52,080 bases of DNA from an uncultured bacterium (GCA_963729625.1 CAVSOU010000020.1:1-52080), one strand, 5' to 3'. Counted from the stretch's first letter, positions 37,165-49,144 are shown. Translations and numbers: made by a program. The notes: a model not told the origin generated them from the sequence alone.

Positions 37165-38448
37165 CTACTGACCGTTGGACTCGGCTTGATCGTATGCTTG
37201 CACGACCTGATCCAGCTGCGCCTTCACGTTGCCGCCGTTCATGATGTTCTTCACGGCGGTGCCGAAGGCATTGGTTAACTCCGGATAGTACGGCGTCACG
37301 GGGCGGGCGCGCGCATCCGTGGTGACCTGTTGCTTGACCAGCTTGAGGATGGAATCGGTGGTGTACTGGGGGAACTTGGCGTACGCGGACACACGTGCGG
37401 GCGGGTTGGAGTCCGCCGTGACGATCGGAACGACCCCGGTGGTCGTGTCGGTCAGCCACTTCAGCAGCGCGAAAGCGGCATCCTTGTGGCTGGACTGCGC
37501 GCTCACGCCCCAGCACCAGGAGCCGCTGGGCGAGACCTTGGTCTTCATGTACGGAATGGGCATGGCGCCGAAGTGCAGGTTCGGATACTTGGTGAGACTG
37601 GCGAGGTCCCAGGGGCCGTTGTACTGGAAGGCGACCTTGCCCGCGCCGAACTCGTCGGTGCTTTCCTTAAGCGGATTGAGCCCCTGCGTGACCAGGTCCT
37701 GGATGCGCTGCATCGCCTGCACGGCGGCCGGCCCGTTGGTGTAGCCGTCGGCCGTCTTGCCGTCGGGGGAAATGAGCTCGCCGCCGTTGGACCAGACGAA
37801 GGGCGTCCAGCCGTAGGTGCCCCATTCGCCGGGCAGGTAGTAGTAGGTGAGGTCGAGCGGGATGACGCCCGGCTCCTTGGCCTTGATCGTCTTGAGGGCG
37901 TTGACGAACGTCGTCCAGTCCCAGGCGCCCTGTAGTGTGGTCGGGGGCGTCACCCCTGCCTTGGCCACCAGGTCCTTGTTGAAGAGCATGACCAACGAGG
38001 AGCTGAAGGCGCCGATGGCGTACAGGTGTCCGTTGAAGGTGCCCTGCTGGATGATGGAGGGCACAAGATCGGCCTTGTTGATGGTCGACACCCAGGGATC
38101 GAGGGGCGTCAGGATGCCCAGATGCGCGTAGGCGGCGACGTAGGGGCCGTCCATATCCAGCACGTCGGGCGCCTGGTGGGCCGCGACGGCCGCGCTCACC
38201 TTGGTCTGGTACGAATAGTCGGACGTATTCGCGATGATTTTCAAGGTGGCGGTGATTTTGCCCGCGTTGGCCTTGTTGAACGCGGCTATCATCCCCTGGG
38301 TCGCGGCAACCTCCGCGGCCGTGCCCTGATGCGTCCAGACGGTAATAGAGGTCGCGCTCGCCGCCTGCACCGCGATGTGGGGCCCGGCGGCGGATACGAG
38401 CACCGCTCCGACGCAAACGGTGCCCAAGAGGCTTCTGATCTTGATCAT
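37165..38448 (-). CDS. sugar ABC transporter substrate-binding protein
   Basis: signal peptide, ITVW, APDV, FNKDL, FGAGKVAFQYNGPW. Confidence 0.92.
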   Translation of the reverse strand: MIKIRSLLGTVCVGAVLVSAAGPHIAVQAASATSITVWTHQGTAAEVAATQGMIAAFNKANAGKITATLKIIANTSDYSYQTKVSAAVAAHQAPDVLDMDGPYVAAYAHLGILTPLDPWVSTINKADLVPSIIQQGTFNGHLYAIGAFSSSLVMLFNKDLVAKAGVTPPTTLQGAWDWTTFVNALKTIKAKEPGVIPLDLTYYYLPGEWGTYGWTPFVWSNGGELISPDGKTADGYTNGPAAVQAMQRIQDLVTQGLNPLKESTDEFGAGKVAFQYNGPWDLASLTKYPNLHFGAMPIPYMKTKVSPSGSWCWGVSAQSSHKDAAFALLKWLTDTTTGVVPIVTADSNPPARVSAYAKFPQYTTDSILKLVKQQVTTDARARPVTPYYPELTNAFGTAVKNIMNGGNVKAQLDQVVQAYDQAESNGQ

Positions 38449-38636
38449 CACACAACTCCGTAGTCGCGATACTCTCGGATTCACTGCCGGCACAGCCGGC
38501 TGATGAGCACCAGTAGCGTACTCCGTCTGCGCGCCACGCTCCTTTCCCGCCGGTCAACCTGCTGCCGTAGCCCGGCGCTACGATGCCCGCGCCGTCTTGC
38601 CTGTCTCCTGGACGGCTCGGCGGCTATGTGCTAGAC

Positions 38637-38694
38637 GACGTTTTAGTAAAACGTCTTACTGGACGATACTAGCACCTGCGTGCAGGGTTGTCAA
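38637..38694 (-). promoter_or_regulatory. sugar-operon promoter with LacI-type operator
   Basis: TTGACA-17 bp-TAGTAT (38666-38694) with extended TG; AGTAAAACGTCTTACT near-palindrome at 38645-38660; related half-site GACGTTTTAC near 38928. Confidence 0.75.
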
Positions 38695-39011
38695 TACCCG
38701 CGCGACGTGGGTCAGGACGTGAAACAGTGCGGGGGGAGCCCGTTCCGATCCGCGCAGGGAGACAGGGGAATCGGCAGCGTGCGGCTGCGGTCCTGGCGCC
38801 CGGCCTACGGTCGCGCCCGCGTGCTCCTCGCTCCATAGCCCGGTGTGCGTCTCGCTCGTGCAGTGACAGCGGCGCCCGACGCAGCACCCCTGGATGCCGG
38901 CTGAGAGGCGTGCTACTATGGCGTTGTGACGTTTTACCAAGACCTGTCTGCATGGATGCGGCCGCAAGGTGCGCCGCGCACGAGCACGGGTCGCGATGAC
39001 GGGGAGAGGCT

Positions 39012-40037
39012 GTGGCCGACAAACGACGGCAACGCCGCGTGACCATTGTCGACGTTGCACGCCGGGCCGGCGTGTCCCAGACGGCGGTCTCGTTTGTGCT
39101 CAACAATGTCGAGAACGTGAACATCCGCGAGGACACGCGCGCGCGCATCCACGAGGCTGTGCAGGAACTTGGTTACCGCCCCAACATGGTGGCGCGAGGT
39201 CTCCGAAGTAGTCGGTCCCGTACCATCGGGTTCCTGACAGCGGATGTAGCGAGCCATCAAGTTGCCGGCGACATGCTGCGCGGTGCCCAGGATGCCGCCT
39301 GGGAGCACGGCATGGTGCTGATGATCGTCAACACGGGCGGCGATGCCCGGGTGACTGCCGCTGCCATCGACATGATGCTGCACCGCCAGGTCGAGGGCAT
39401 CCTCTACTCCTATCGCTATCACGACGTCGTGGACCCGCCCAAGACCATCTTCGAGGTACCTGCCGTGTTAGTCGACTGCTTCTCCGCCGACCGATCGCTG
39501 CCGTCGGTGGTGCCTGATGAGCTGGAAGCGGGGCGCGTGGCGACGGACTTCCTCCTGCGCAAGGGACATTGCCGCATCGGCATGATCAACATTGACTTTG
39601 GCGTGCCCGCGGCGACGGGGCGCTTGGCCGGGTACCGGCTCGCGCTCGAGCAGCACGGCGTACCCTTCGACGACGCCCTCGTCCGCTACGGTGACGGCCA
39701 CGCGGAAAAGGGCTACGACCTGACGCGGGAACTCATGCAGACGCAGGATCCGCCGACCGCGCTCTTCTGCGGCAACGATCGCACCGCCATGGGCACGTAC
39801 GACGCGCTCAAGGAGCGGGGCCTGCGGATTCCCGACGATGTGGCTGTCGTCGGCTTTGATAACCAGGAAATCATCTCCGCACACCTCCGCCCGCCGCTCA
39901 CCACGATGCAACTGCCCTACTGCGAGATGGGCCGCTGGGCGATCGAATATGTGCTGAACAGTTGTGCCGAACTGGAGGTCGGACCGCAGACCCAGCACAT
40001 GCTGCCCTGCCCGTTCATTCTGCGCTCGTCGGCGTGA
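39012..40037 (+). CDS. LacI-family transcriptional regulator
   Basis: [45 protein letters not shown]. Confidence 0.96.
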   Translation: MADKRRQRRVTIVDVARRAGVSQTAVSFVLNNVENVNIREDTRARIHEAVQELGYRPNMVARGLRSSRSRTIGFLTADVASHQVAGDMLRGAQDAAWEHGMVLMIVNTGGDARVTAAAIDMMLHRQVEGILYSYRYHDVVDPPKTIFEVPAVLVDCFSADRSLPSVVPDELEAGRVATDFLLRKGHCRIGMINIDFGVPAATGRLAGYRLALEQHGVPFDDALVRYGDGHAEKGYDLTRELMQTQDPPTALFCGNDRTAMGTYDALKERGLRIPDDVAVVGFDNQEIISAHLRPPLTTMQLPYCEMGRWAIEYVLNSCAELEVGPQTQHMLPCPFILRSSA

Positions 40038-40359
40038 GGCCGCCGCAGCCTTGCACATCTGGCACTGCAGAAATCGCAGACGGTGGACCCGATAGTGCAG
40101 CTTGCAGGACATCGGCGCCGGTATTGGGCACAGGAGGGGAGGCGCAGAAGCATGAATCACTCGCGTGTGTTGTTGCACGCGCATCATGTCCAGCGTCGTC
40201 AACGAGTAGACGGCTGACGGCTGCAACATCGCTCGCAGGCGCTTCGTGTCCACAGCCACTGGCGAGCCACCCGTGATTGCACGCTACGGATGAGGGTGGT
40301 AGAACTGTGTTTACCCTGTTGGGAATGCTGTGCTGTCCGCACTGACCGGCCGGTGATCC

Positions 40360-42096
40360 ATGCCTGCAGCCAAACGTCCACGGCGCGCCCTCACCCATGC
40401 CTGGGGCCCGATCCAACACTACGTCACCTGGCCGGAGCAAGAAGCCTACGAACTGATCCGGCCGATGAGCCTGTTTGGGGTGACCGCGGCTGAACGGGCT
40501 CAGGAGACAGGCATCGCCGAACGCACACTGGCGCGCAAAGCCGACCACTTCGACGCTGCCGGCATGGCCAGCCTCTTCCCCGAGGCGACGCGGTCGCCCG
40601 AAGACCGGCGGCAAGTGCCGGCGGAGATTCGGCAGCGCGTCCTGGCACTGAAAGCCACGTATCCTGCCTTTCGCCCGCACGAGATCGCGTCTATCTTGCG
40701 CCGCCGTGATGACTGCCGGATTGACCACAAGACGGTGCAGCGCCTGCTGGCCAGCAACCCGCTGCCCGCAGGCGTGCAGCGGCAGTTCCCGGCCTACGCG
40801 CAGATGCCTGACGGTGCTGAGCGGCGCAAGGCAATCATCTCCCTGCACTTTGAGCGCTGGAACATCCGCTCGATTGCCGGCTATCTGGAGACGACGCGCA
40901 CCCGCGTCTACGAGACGCTCTACCGCTTCTTCCAAGAGGACTTTGCCGCGCTGCCCGACAAGTCGCACGCGCCCGAGCAGCCGGCGCGGAAAGTGGACCT
41001 GGCGGCGATCGCGGTCGTGCGCCGCTTGCAGACCAACCCCGAGCTGGGAGCCTTCCGCATCCACGCGGCGCTCGAGCAGATGGGCATCCACCTGAGTCCG
41101 CGCACCTGCGGGCGGATTCTGGCCCTCAACCGGGCGGTGGGCCTGCCGATGCCCGCTGAGCAAGGACCACGTGTGCCGAAAGACATGCCTTTTGCCGCGA
41201 CCTACCGGCATGAGTACTGGAGCGTCGACGTCAAGTACATCGAGGATCACCAGCTCGTGTACCGCAAGACCGTCTACATGATCTCCGTGCTGGACAACTA
41301 TAGTCGCGCCCTGCTGGCCAACGTGCTCTCGCCGCGCCAGGACCTCACCAGCTACCTGGTCGTCCTGCGCGAGGCGCTTCGTCTGTTAGGCTCGCCGGCG
41401 GCCATCGTGAGCGATGGCGGCAGCGTCTTCAAGGCCAACCTCGTGCTGCGCATCTACGACAAGCTCGGTATCGAGCGGTACCGCATCGACCCTGGCCAGC
41501 CCTGGCAGAACTACATAGAAACGCACTTCAACGTGGCCCGGAGAATGGCTCAGTTCGGTTACTCGCAGGCGACCACCTGGGGGGAGATGCAGGCGGTGCA
41601 CGCTCGCTTCATGCTCGACTACAACACCCAGAAGCACTTCGCGCACCTGGGGCGCGACGATGGCAAGTACAGCCCCCAGGCCGTGCTGGGCTGGGTCAAG
41701 GGCATCTGGTGCGATCCCAAGCTCCTAGCCAGCCTCTTCCAGATCCGGGCTGGTCGCTGGTTCGACGCGAACGGCTACCTCCGCTTCCGCCACTGGCGCA
41801 TCTATGGCGAACGGGGGCTCGCGGGGCGTCGCGGCGCTGCCTGGCTGTTTGGCGAAGAACTCTCGGTCACCTACCAGGAGGAGCTGCTCGCGCAGTATCA
41901 GGTGCGCCTGGCCCCCGATGGACGACACCTACAGGCGGTACAAGCGCCAAAGCTCTTCCCCAACCGCTATCCCTCCCCGCAAGGCTATCTACCCGGGCTC
42001 GAGGCTGACTGGCTTTTGGCCGTCCAGTTGCCGGTGTGTGCACCGCGCCGGCCGCGGCCGAGAACGGGTCAGCAAGAAGCGATCGCATTCTCGTAG
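40360..42096 (+). mobile_element. DDE (rve) transposase with multiple HTH regions, IS481-like
   Basis: WSVDVKY, SVLDNYSR, IVSDGG, PWQNYIE. Confidence 0.85.
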
Positions 42097-42193
42097 CGCG
42101 GTCCTGCGACAGCGAACGACGCAACGCTGTGGCGAGAGCGTGGGTCTGCAGCGGCCAGGAGCACCACGAGACCCTGCAGCTCGTGCTGGGAGG

Positions 42194-42244
42194 AAACCCA
42201 TTTGCCAGAATTACGCCCGGAATGTGTACCCCATCCTCTGGCTC
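42194..42244 (+). repeat. probable IS right-end sequence, copy 1
   Basis: 26-bp TGCCAGAATTACGCCCGGAATGTGTA identical at 46269-46294, with similar flanks. Confidence 0.85.
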
Positions 42245-42445
42245 GGTTTGATCTGGGAGTGCTCTATGGTCGCCAGACCATCGTTCGTGAGCTTGTCCAC
42301 GTGGTGCGAAAGGGTCCAAGGCGCTATCGCCAGCTCGTTCGTGACGTCGGCAACCACCAGCCCACCCACCAGCGGCGCGGCTGTCACCATCCCCCTGTGG
42401 CAGTGAGAGTGTTTGAGAGTATGCAGCCTGTTGCTGAGAGTGCGG
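42245..42445 (-). pseudogene. ArsR/SmtB-family regulator remnant
   Basis: GLVVADVTNELAIAPWTLSHHVDKLTNDGL. Confidence 0.55.
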
Positions 42446-42538
42446 GACGGCGCATAGTTAACGCGTGCGGGCTGAGGGCATGCTTTCCCGCTCCAGTCCT
42501 GTGCAGCTTTCCAGCCAGTGCATCGGAAGGGGGTCGCA

Positions 42539-43622
42539 ATGAGACGCACAAACGTGGACATGCGCGCAGGCGGTCTCTCGCACTGGCCACGCAGGCTGAT
42601 CCTGGGCACCGTCGTCCTCGGCTTCGCTGTCCTGGTCGGGCTGTGGGCATACGGGTTGGCCATCGATAAGGCGGTCAGCCCGAACGTCGCCGGCACCCTG
42701 CTGCTCGGCTGCCTGACGCTTGGCCCGGGCTGTATCCTGGCCCGGCTTGCCTGCCCCGGCGAGGCGAATCCCTGGCGGACGACGGGCATCTGGATCGCCC
42801 TCCTCTCCTACCTGGGTGGCATCGCCGCGCTGACGCTGGCGCTGATCGGGGATGCCATCGCGAAGGTCGATTGGTGGCCAGGCGGGCTGGACATGCTGGA
42901 CCCGGGCGCGCCCCTGCCTGCGGGCCTGGTCAGACTCCGCCGCCGGCACCTTGTGGGGGACAGGCCTCGCGCTGGCCTGGTTGGCGCTGCCGGTGTTCGT
43001 GCCTGCCGGTCTGTACACCCTGTGGGCGTACTGGCAGCGGCCACATCGAGGCCCTGAGTCACTGCTGGGCGTGGAAGAGCGCGGGCGCAGGATAGCGGGC
43101 GGCTTTGAGATCGGCGCCATGGTCACCGCAACCTGCCTGGCGGCACTCGGACTGGTTGTCGCGCTCTACTTCCACTATGGGAACCAGATGCCCGCCTGGC
43201 AGGAAGGGGCACGCGTGCCGGTCTTTGCCGGCGCGCTCGGGCTCGCAGCCCTGCTGGTGGCGGCAGGAACTGCCCTCCACTTGCGCGGGGGGCAAGACGA
43301 GCTAGCGGGACGGGCGCTGCTCTGGCTGAGTGCCGTGGTCTTGACGGTGGCCGGGCTGCTGGATTCGTTCAGCACCACCAGTCTGAGCGGCACGACCGGC
43401 ACCTACGCGGCGAGCACCACAGGCAACTTCAACGGCACGCTGCTCACGCACTGGATCGGGCTGGGTAGCTTCCTGCTTCCCGCCGGGGTTCTGGCTCTGT
43501 TCCTGGCGTTCAGCGCGACCCACATCCACCTGCCCCGGCAGCTGCACGTCCCGCGCCACCCCCGCCGCATGTCAACCTTGCGTGCGACGCAGCGGAGCCC
43601 AGAGCGCATGCGTCCAACGTGA
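42539..43622 (+). CDS. multi-pass membrane protein, frameshift near 42900
   Basis: hydrophobic helices continue from ORF 42518-43057 into ORF 42852-43622; GGAAGGGGG RBS. Confidence 0.65.
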
Positions 43623-43638
43623 AGGAAAGGAACACGAC

Positions 43639-45022
43639 GATGAAACTGCCGTGGCGGCTCACCAGGCCGGTGGTACTGGCCACGCTGCTGACCATACTGG
43701 GCGCAGGCGTACCCACAGCCGACGCCAGACTATCTGCCGCCCCGAGCGCGCAAGCCGAGCCGAGCTCGCTGGCGGTCGCGGAGGCGGTGAGCCCGGCGAC
43801 CGGCCACCTCTTCATCCTCAGCCAAACCGGCCCTCCCACCCAGCACGCCAGCGCCGTGAGTATGCTCGATGCGCACACGGGGAAGCTCTTGCATGTCACG
43901 CCGGTGGGCCACGGTGCACGATCGCTCCTCGTTGATGACACCTCACACCATGTCTTCATGGTCATGGGCGGGGTGTTCCCGAACGAGACGTGGTCCGAGC
44001 CGCTGAGCGTGCTGATCCTGGACACCAGGACCGGCGCGACGCTGCGCACGATCGATCTCGGCCCCGGAGCGCTCCAGGGCGGCTGGCTGGCCGGCTCGCT
44101 CGGCCAATTCGCTGTTGCCGTCACCCCTGGTGTGGCCGCGTCGGCGACGGGGCCGGGGGTCGTGCACATCCTGGACACGAAGACCGGTGCGACCGTGCAT
44201 ACGCTACCCTTTCAGCAGGGCGATGCCGAGTTCGACGTGCATCAAGCCACTGCCACCTTGTTCGTACTCAATACAGCGGGTGGCATAGTACGCCTGTTCG
44301 ATGCCCATACCTGGCAGCTGAAGGCCACGGTGCACCTCGAGGAGCCGTGGGGGGGCGTGTCGGGTGCCGTGGCGGATGAGGCCCACGGGCTGGTGGCGAT
44401 CGTCACGGGGAAGCAGCATACGACCATCACCTTCGTGAATCCCGCGACGGGAGCTGTGGTCCGTACGCTGCCACTCAGGGCTCCTTCCTGGATCGTGAAT
44501 CTGGTGCTCGATGATCGGTCGGACCATCTCTTCGCAGTGAGCATGGGCGCCGCCGCCAAGGTGGAACCGTTTACGGGCCAGAGCAATACGATCGCTGGCG
44601 TTAAGATCGTCGGCGGGCAGGAAGGCGTGGTCACGACGGTCGACCGCGCCCGTGGCACCGTGCTCCGCAGCCAGCCAGTCGGCTGGCTGGCGTGGCGAGC
44701 GGCCGTCGATGCGCGGACGCAGCACCTCTTCGTATTGAGTTGTGGGCGGATTGGCACGCGCACCGGTCGAGTGACCATCAGCTCGTTGTTGGTGAGCATG
44801 CTCGACGCCCGCACCGGTGCCCTGGTCCGCGGCACCACGCTGCCGTTTGCTCCGGATCAGGAGTATCACGACCTCGTGGTCGATGCGCAGGTCGGCCGTG
44901 CTTACGTCACCTCGGTGCCCTACATGCAGCAAGGACAGGCGGTCTACAACACCGTGGTGCTGCTCGACACCCGCACCGGCGCGGTCGTGCGGACGGTCGT
45001 ACTCCCGGAACCGGCCGCGTAG
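43639..45022 (+). CDS. secreted YncE-like beta-propeller protein
   Basis: signal peptide; repeated LD.RTGA..RT blades. Confidence 0.8.
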
Positions 45023-45182
45023 GCTCATGGGCCTGCCATGCCCCGCTAAGAGTGCGCCCGTGACCGGCTCACGTTCTCACGGGCAGGAGCGTGGAGAGCA
45101 GGACCCTGCCATGGCACGCATACGTTAGGCAGCGGTGCGGCGGCCCGTCACTTGAGAAGAGTCAAGAGACAAGGAGAGTGGC

Positions 45183-46139
45183 ATGAAAGGCCTGCAGGCG
45201 CTCGTCATCATCCCTGTCATCGCGCTGGCAGTGGCGGGACCAGCGGTGGTCCAGGCGAGCGGGCACCAGTTCACGCGCATCGATGCGCCAAAGGCGGGTA
45301 CCGGGCCCGGTGAGGGCACAGCCCTGAGCGGCAGCAACCAGCGCGGGGATATCGTCGGCGCCTACGTCGACGGTAAGGGCGTCACGCACGGGTTCGTGCT
45401 GCGCCAGGGCCGGTACACCACGGTCGACTATCCGGGTGCCAAGGTGCACTTCACCCAGGTGATGGCCATCAACGAGCAGGGCGACATCGTGGGGTCCTAC
45501 GCCGACGGCACGGTGGCGCACGGGTTCCTGCGGCAGCAGGGTCAGTATGTGACCCTCCAGTATCCCAGGGCGGGGACCATCGGCCTGATGTTCGCCAACG
45601 GCATCAACACGCACGGGGACATCGTGGGGTCGTACTACGATGACATGCACGTGAGCCACGGATATCTGTTCCACCAGGGCAGGTACACCACGCTGGATGA
45701 CCCCAAGGCGGGGAGCGACAGCGCAGATATGGGCACCTATCCCATTGGCATCAACCAGCAGGGGGATATCGTGGGCTCCTATGTGGATCGCGCCGGCGCT
45801 CACCACGGTTTCCTGCTCCGCCAGGGCCGGTCTACCACTCTGGATGCGCCCAGGGCGGCAAGCGCAAAGGGTACGGCTTGCGCGGGGAGCGCCGCCTCCG
45901 GCATCAACCGTCAGGGTGACATCGTGGGGTGCTACGCCGATCGCAACCTTGTGTTGCACGGGTTCCTCCTGCATCAGGGCAAGTACACGGTGCTCGATGA
46001 TCCGAGTGCGGCGAAGGTGCACGGTCCCGGTGAGGAGACGCAAGCGGGCACGATAGCTCTTGGCATCAGTGAGCGCGGAGCGGTCGTGGGCACCTACGTG
46101 GACAGCCAGGGTGTCAGTCACGGCTTCCTGTGGCAGTAG
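45183..46139 (+). CDS. secreted HAF-like extracellular repeat protein
   Basis: signal peptide; six GIN..GDIVGSY.D...HGFL-type repeats; AAGGAG RBS. Confidence 0.85.
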   Translation: MKGLQALVIIPVIALAVAGPAVVQASGHQFTRIDAPKAGTGPGEGTALSGSNQRGDIVGAYVDGKGVTHGFVLRQGRYTTVDYPGAKVHFTQVMAINEQGDIVGSYADGTVAHGFLRQQGQYVTLQYPRAGTIGLMFANGINTHGDIVGSYYDDMHVSHGYLFHQGRYTTLDDPKAGSDSADMGTYPIGINQQGDIVGSYVDRAGAHHGFLLRQGRSTTLDAPRAASAKGTACAGSAASGINRQGDIVGCYADRNLVLHGFLLHQGKYTVLDDPSAAKVHGPGEETQAGTIALGISERGAVVGTYVDSQGVSHGFLWQ

Positions 46140-46259
46140 GTCCAGGTCTCTGCGCACGGCTAGGCACGAGCAGGATCCAGGCTCGACACACCCGGTCCTT
46201 GGACAACGCAGACGCCACCGCCAGGTGTGCTGCGGGGGTAGCTGCGCCAAGGCGGTTGA

Positions 46260-46308
46260 AAATCCATCTGCCAGAATTACGCCCGGAATGTGTAGCCCAT
46301 CCTGGCTC
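46260..46308 (+). repeat. probable IS right-end sequence, copy 2 (no adjacent transposase)
   Basis: matches 42194-42244. Confidence 0.85.
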
Positions 46309-46403
46309 TCCCGCAATCCCGATGACGCGCCGCGGACAGTAGACTAGAGAGATAACAGTCCCGCTGCGCCCTGATCATGGTCGCTGTTCCCCAAGGTTTT
46401 GTC

Positions 46404-46655
46404 ATGTCCGCGAAACGTCTCTTTCCGCACCTGCATGCACTGCAGCTTGACGACATCCTACTTACCGAGAGCCTGGTGGTGCTCTCACTGTCGAGTCCAC
46501 GCAGGAGCGCGCGCTGCCCACTCTGTCAACGCCGGTCCAAGAGCGTGCATTCCCGCTATACGCGCACGGCGGCTGACCTCCCGGCCAGCGGTCGCAGAAG
46601 TCGCCTGCATCACACGCCACATTGCTCAGTACTGGGGCCCACCGCTGTCCCTTAG
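46404..46655 (+). pseudogene. ISL3 transposase N-terminal fragment
   Basis: LFPHL, ARCPLCQRRSKSVHSRYTRTAADLPASGR zinc-finger motif. Confidence 0.85.
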
Positions 46656-47056
46656 GGAAGCTCCCAGTCTTCCAGCGCGAGCCCTGAGATTCGGCCGAAC
46701 TCGCTGGTGTTGTGCGTCACCAGGGTCAGCTCTGCCGCGAGCGCGATGGCGGCGATGAGGAGATCATTGGCACCGACTGGCGTGCCACGGGCCGCCAAGT
46801 CTGCTCTGATGCGGCCATAGAATCGGGCCGCGTGGTCGTCGAAAGCGAGCGAGACGAAGACCCGAAGGAACGCCTCTTGTCGGGCCAGGGAGCGAGTGGG
46901 GTCCTGACTGCGTGCTGCGCCATAATAGAGCTCGGCCTTGACTGGCGCGCAGACTGCGATCTGAGCGAGTGGCACGGCAGCGAGGTGAGTCCGGATGGCG
47001 GGAGCCCGTCCGTTCAGATAGCGAATGCAGGTATTGGTGTCGAGTAGAAACCTCAA
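46652..47056 (-). CDS. vapC: VapC PIN-domain toxin
   Basis: LLDTNTCI, AELYYGA, NDLLIAAIA, LVTHNTSEF. Confidence 0.95.
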   Translation of the reverse strand: MRFLLDTNTCIRYLNGRAPAIRTHLAAVPLAQIAVCAPVKAELYYGAARSQDPTRSLARQEAFLRVFVSLAFDDHAARFYGRIRADLAARGTPVGANDLLIAAIALAAELTLVTHNTSEFGRISGLALEDWELP

Positions 47057-47292
47057 GCCACGGCCTCACGCTCCTGCGGAGGCTCGACAGTGGCCTCCGG
47101 GAGCGGGTCATCGCAGCACGAGCCGTAGGTCTGGGCGAAAAAGTCACTTGGCCAGCCATTGGCGTCACGCTGGGTAGGCTCATCGGTGACGAGCAGTAGG
47201 ACACGATGGCGCCCGACCGTCAGGCCGGTGAGTGCCTCGAGATGGGCGGAACCATCGGGTTCAATCGTCAGGATGGTCTCAATCGTTGACAT
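47053..47292 (-). CDS. vapB: VapB-type antitoxin
   Basis: overlaps the vapC start; WPSDFFAQTYGS...PQERE tail; GAGG RBS. Confidence 0.75.
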   Translation of the reverse strand: MSTIETILTIEPDGSAHLEALTGLTVGRHRVLLLVTDEPTQRDANGWPSDFFAQTYGSCCDDPLPEATVEPPQEREAVA

Positions 47293-47471
47293 CGAACACC
47301 TCACCGGAGCCTCAGAGTATCGCGAACCAGCGCATCTTAGTGTACCGCGCGCAAGCCGCAAGATGAGCGGTAAGGCTTCCGTGCCAGGGGCGGTCGCGGC
47401 AGCGGTGCACTCCGCGGCGAGTCAGCTAACGACCGCACCCGCGCGTACGCCTGAGGTGTATCTCAGGTGCA

Positions 47472-49144
47472 TCAGACCGCCGACTCCCCTGTCGTCTCCA
47501 CCACAAACGCTACCTGCACGCCCTCGAGACCGCATTCCGCCAGCGCGCCCGCCACGTGACAGGCCATCTGCCGCGTCCACCACCCCTGCTCAAACGTGCC
47601 GGGAACGGCGATCCGGAGTGTGGTACCCGCCTGCCCGGCGACATGCGACGCTAGGCAGCGCTGGAAGTTTCCCGGCGTCACAATACCCTGGAGGTATTCG
47701 AGCACCCCCCGCCACACAGGGTGCGACTCGGTGATTTCCGGTGCTGGCTGCTGCTGCGGTCGAGTTGCCGCACCGCCAATCTCCCGGCTTCTTCTTTCGG
47801 GCCATGGCCCCGGCTGTGGCCGTCCCTCCAATAGCCGCTGCAGAATCGTCAGGAATAGTGGGAGCGCGTTAGGCTCACCGTCCTTGCCACTCACCTTGAC
47901 GTCGCATTGCCGGACCTGGAGCACGGCCTCGTGCATCCTGCCGCAGAACGCTGCCGCGGGCAGTCCGGACCGCCGGAACAGGCGCAGTATGCGGGAAGCG
48001 GCACTGCTCGGCTGCGCGGCACCCAGTTCCATCGCCAGACGTGCCGCGGCCACCCGGAGTTGTGCCTCGGCGCTGGGCTCTGCCGGCGAGCTCGCCGGCG
48101 GTGCCGTCTGCTCCGCCAGGTCCTTGGCCAGTACGGCGTAGAGGTACGCCACGGGGCGCTTGATTGGCGCTAGCTCGTCGGCAGCTGCGATCCGCTCGTC
48201 GACTCGCGCCTTCGCTCGATCCAGTGCCGCGACGAACAGCTGCAGATCCAGCGTGTAGCGTTGCTGCAGGCCCAAGAACTGGCCCACGGCTGCGGCCGGG
48301 TAGGCCTCGTGGTAGGCGATCAGGATCCGCTGCATAGCGGCTGCTATGGCCGAGCGGTCCGCGTCGTCTCCGGCAGCCGGATCATGTGCCGCCGCATACT
48401 CATCCGCTGAACGTGTCGTCCCAACGCGGTCGCTTCCTGTGATTGGCTCCGATGTCCCAACCTCTTCCGGCAAATCGTGCTCAACAGTATCAATGGGGGT
48501 AGGGGGATCCTCTCTCGGATCGAGATCTCGTAGATCTCTATCTTTAAGGGGCGTCACACACGACACCCTCCCTTCTGTCGCCTGGGCGTCCAGCTCGTCG
48601 ATACGCTGCCAAAGTGGTCGTAAGTCATAGCCGTTCGCAAGGTCGGCGCCGGCGGCGTCGATCTGCCGGATCCTTCGCGCATAGCCCAGGACGACCAGAC
48701 GCGTGATGCGCCGCTGTACCGCGCGCTCCTGGATACTAAGCCGATGCGCCAGGTCGGCGATCGTTACTACGGTGACGGCCTGGCCGCAGCCGCAGTCCAG
48801 TAAAGCGAGAATGGTCTGCTCTAGTTCAGGTGTGATCTCCAGCTCAGCCGCATGGCGTCGCAGGCCTGCGGGCACGGGCAGGAAGCCGTGCCGCAGCCCG
48901 TGGCCGCCGAAACGACGTGCTACGGGCCCGTCCAACAGTGTTTTTGGCGAAGTTTGCTGACAATCCCCCGGAGGTGATTGACAAGCACCACCGGCACCGC
49001 TACGCTGATGCTTAGGGCGGCAATTCTGCGCTGCACAGTGCGGTGCTCAACATTGAACTGGCGCGCAAGCCAAGCGACTGACGGATGCGATCGCAGCCCG
49101 CCGTGCCCGCAGCCGCGACACCAGTAGCAGTCCACGATCGGCAT
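47472..49144 (-). CDS. putative replication initiator (winged HTH regions + C-terminal DnaA-N-like domain), frameshifted near 48930-48960
   Basis: PSVAWLARQFNVEHRTVQRRI and TIADLAHRLSIQERAVQRRI..L...GY HTHs, NGYDL; C-terminal W..VL..L...VT..NF...L. Confidence 0.65.

Noticed and set aside
45300-46135. Regularly spaced DNA repeats resembling a CRISPR array
   Set aside because: They are degenerate in-frame protein repeats (GDIVGSY...HGFL); no cas genes or identical repeats with unique spacers
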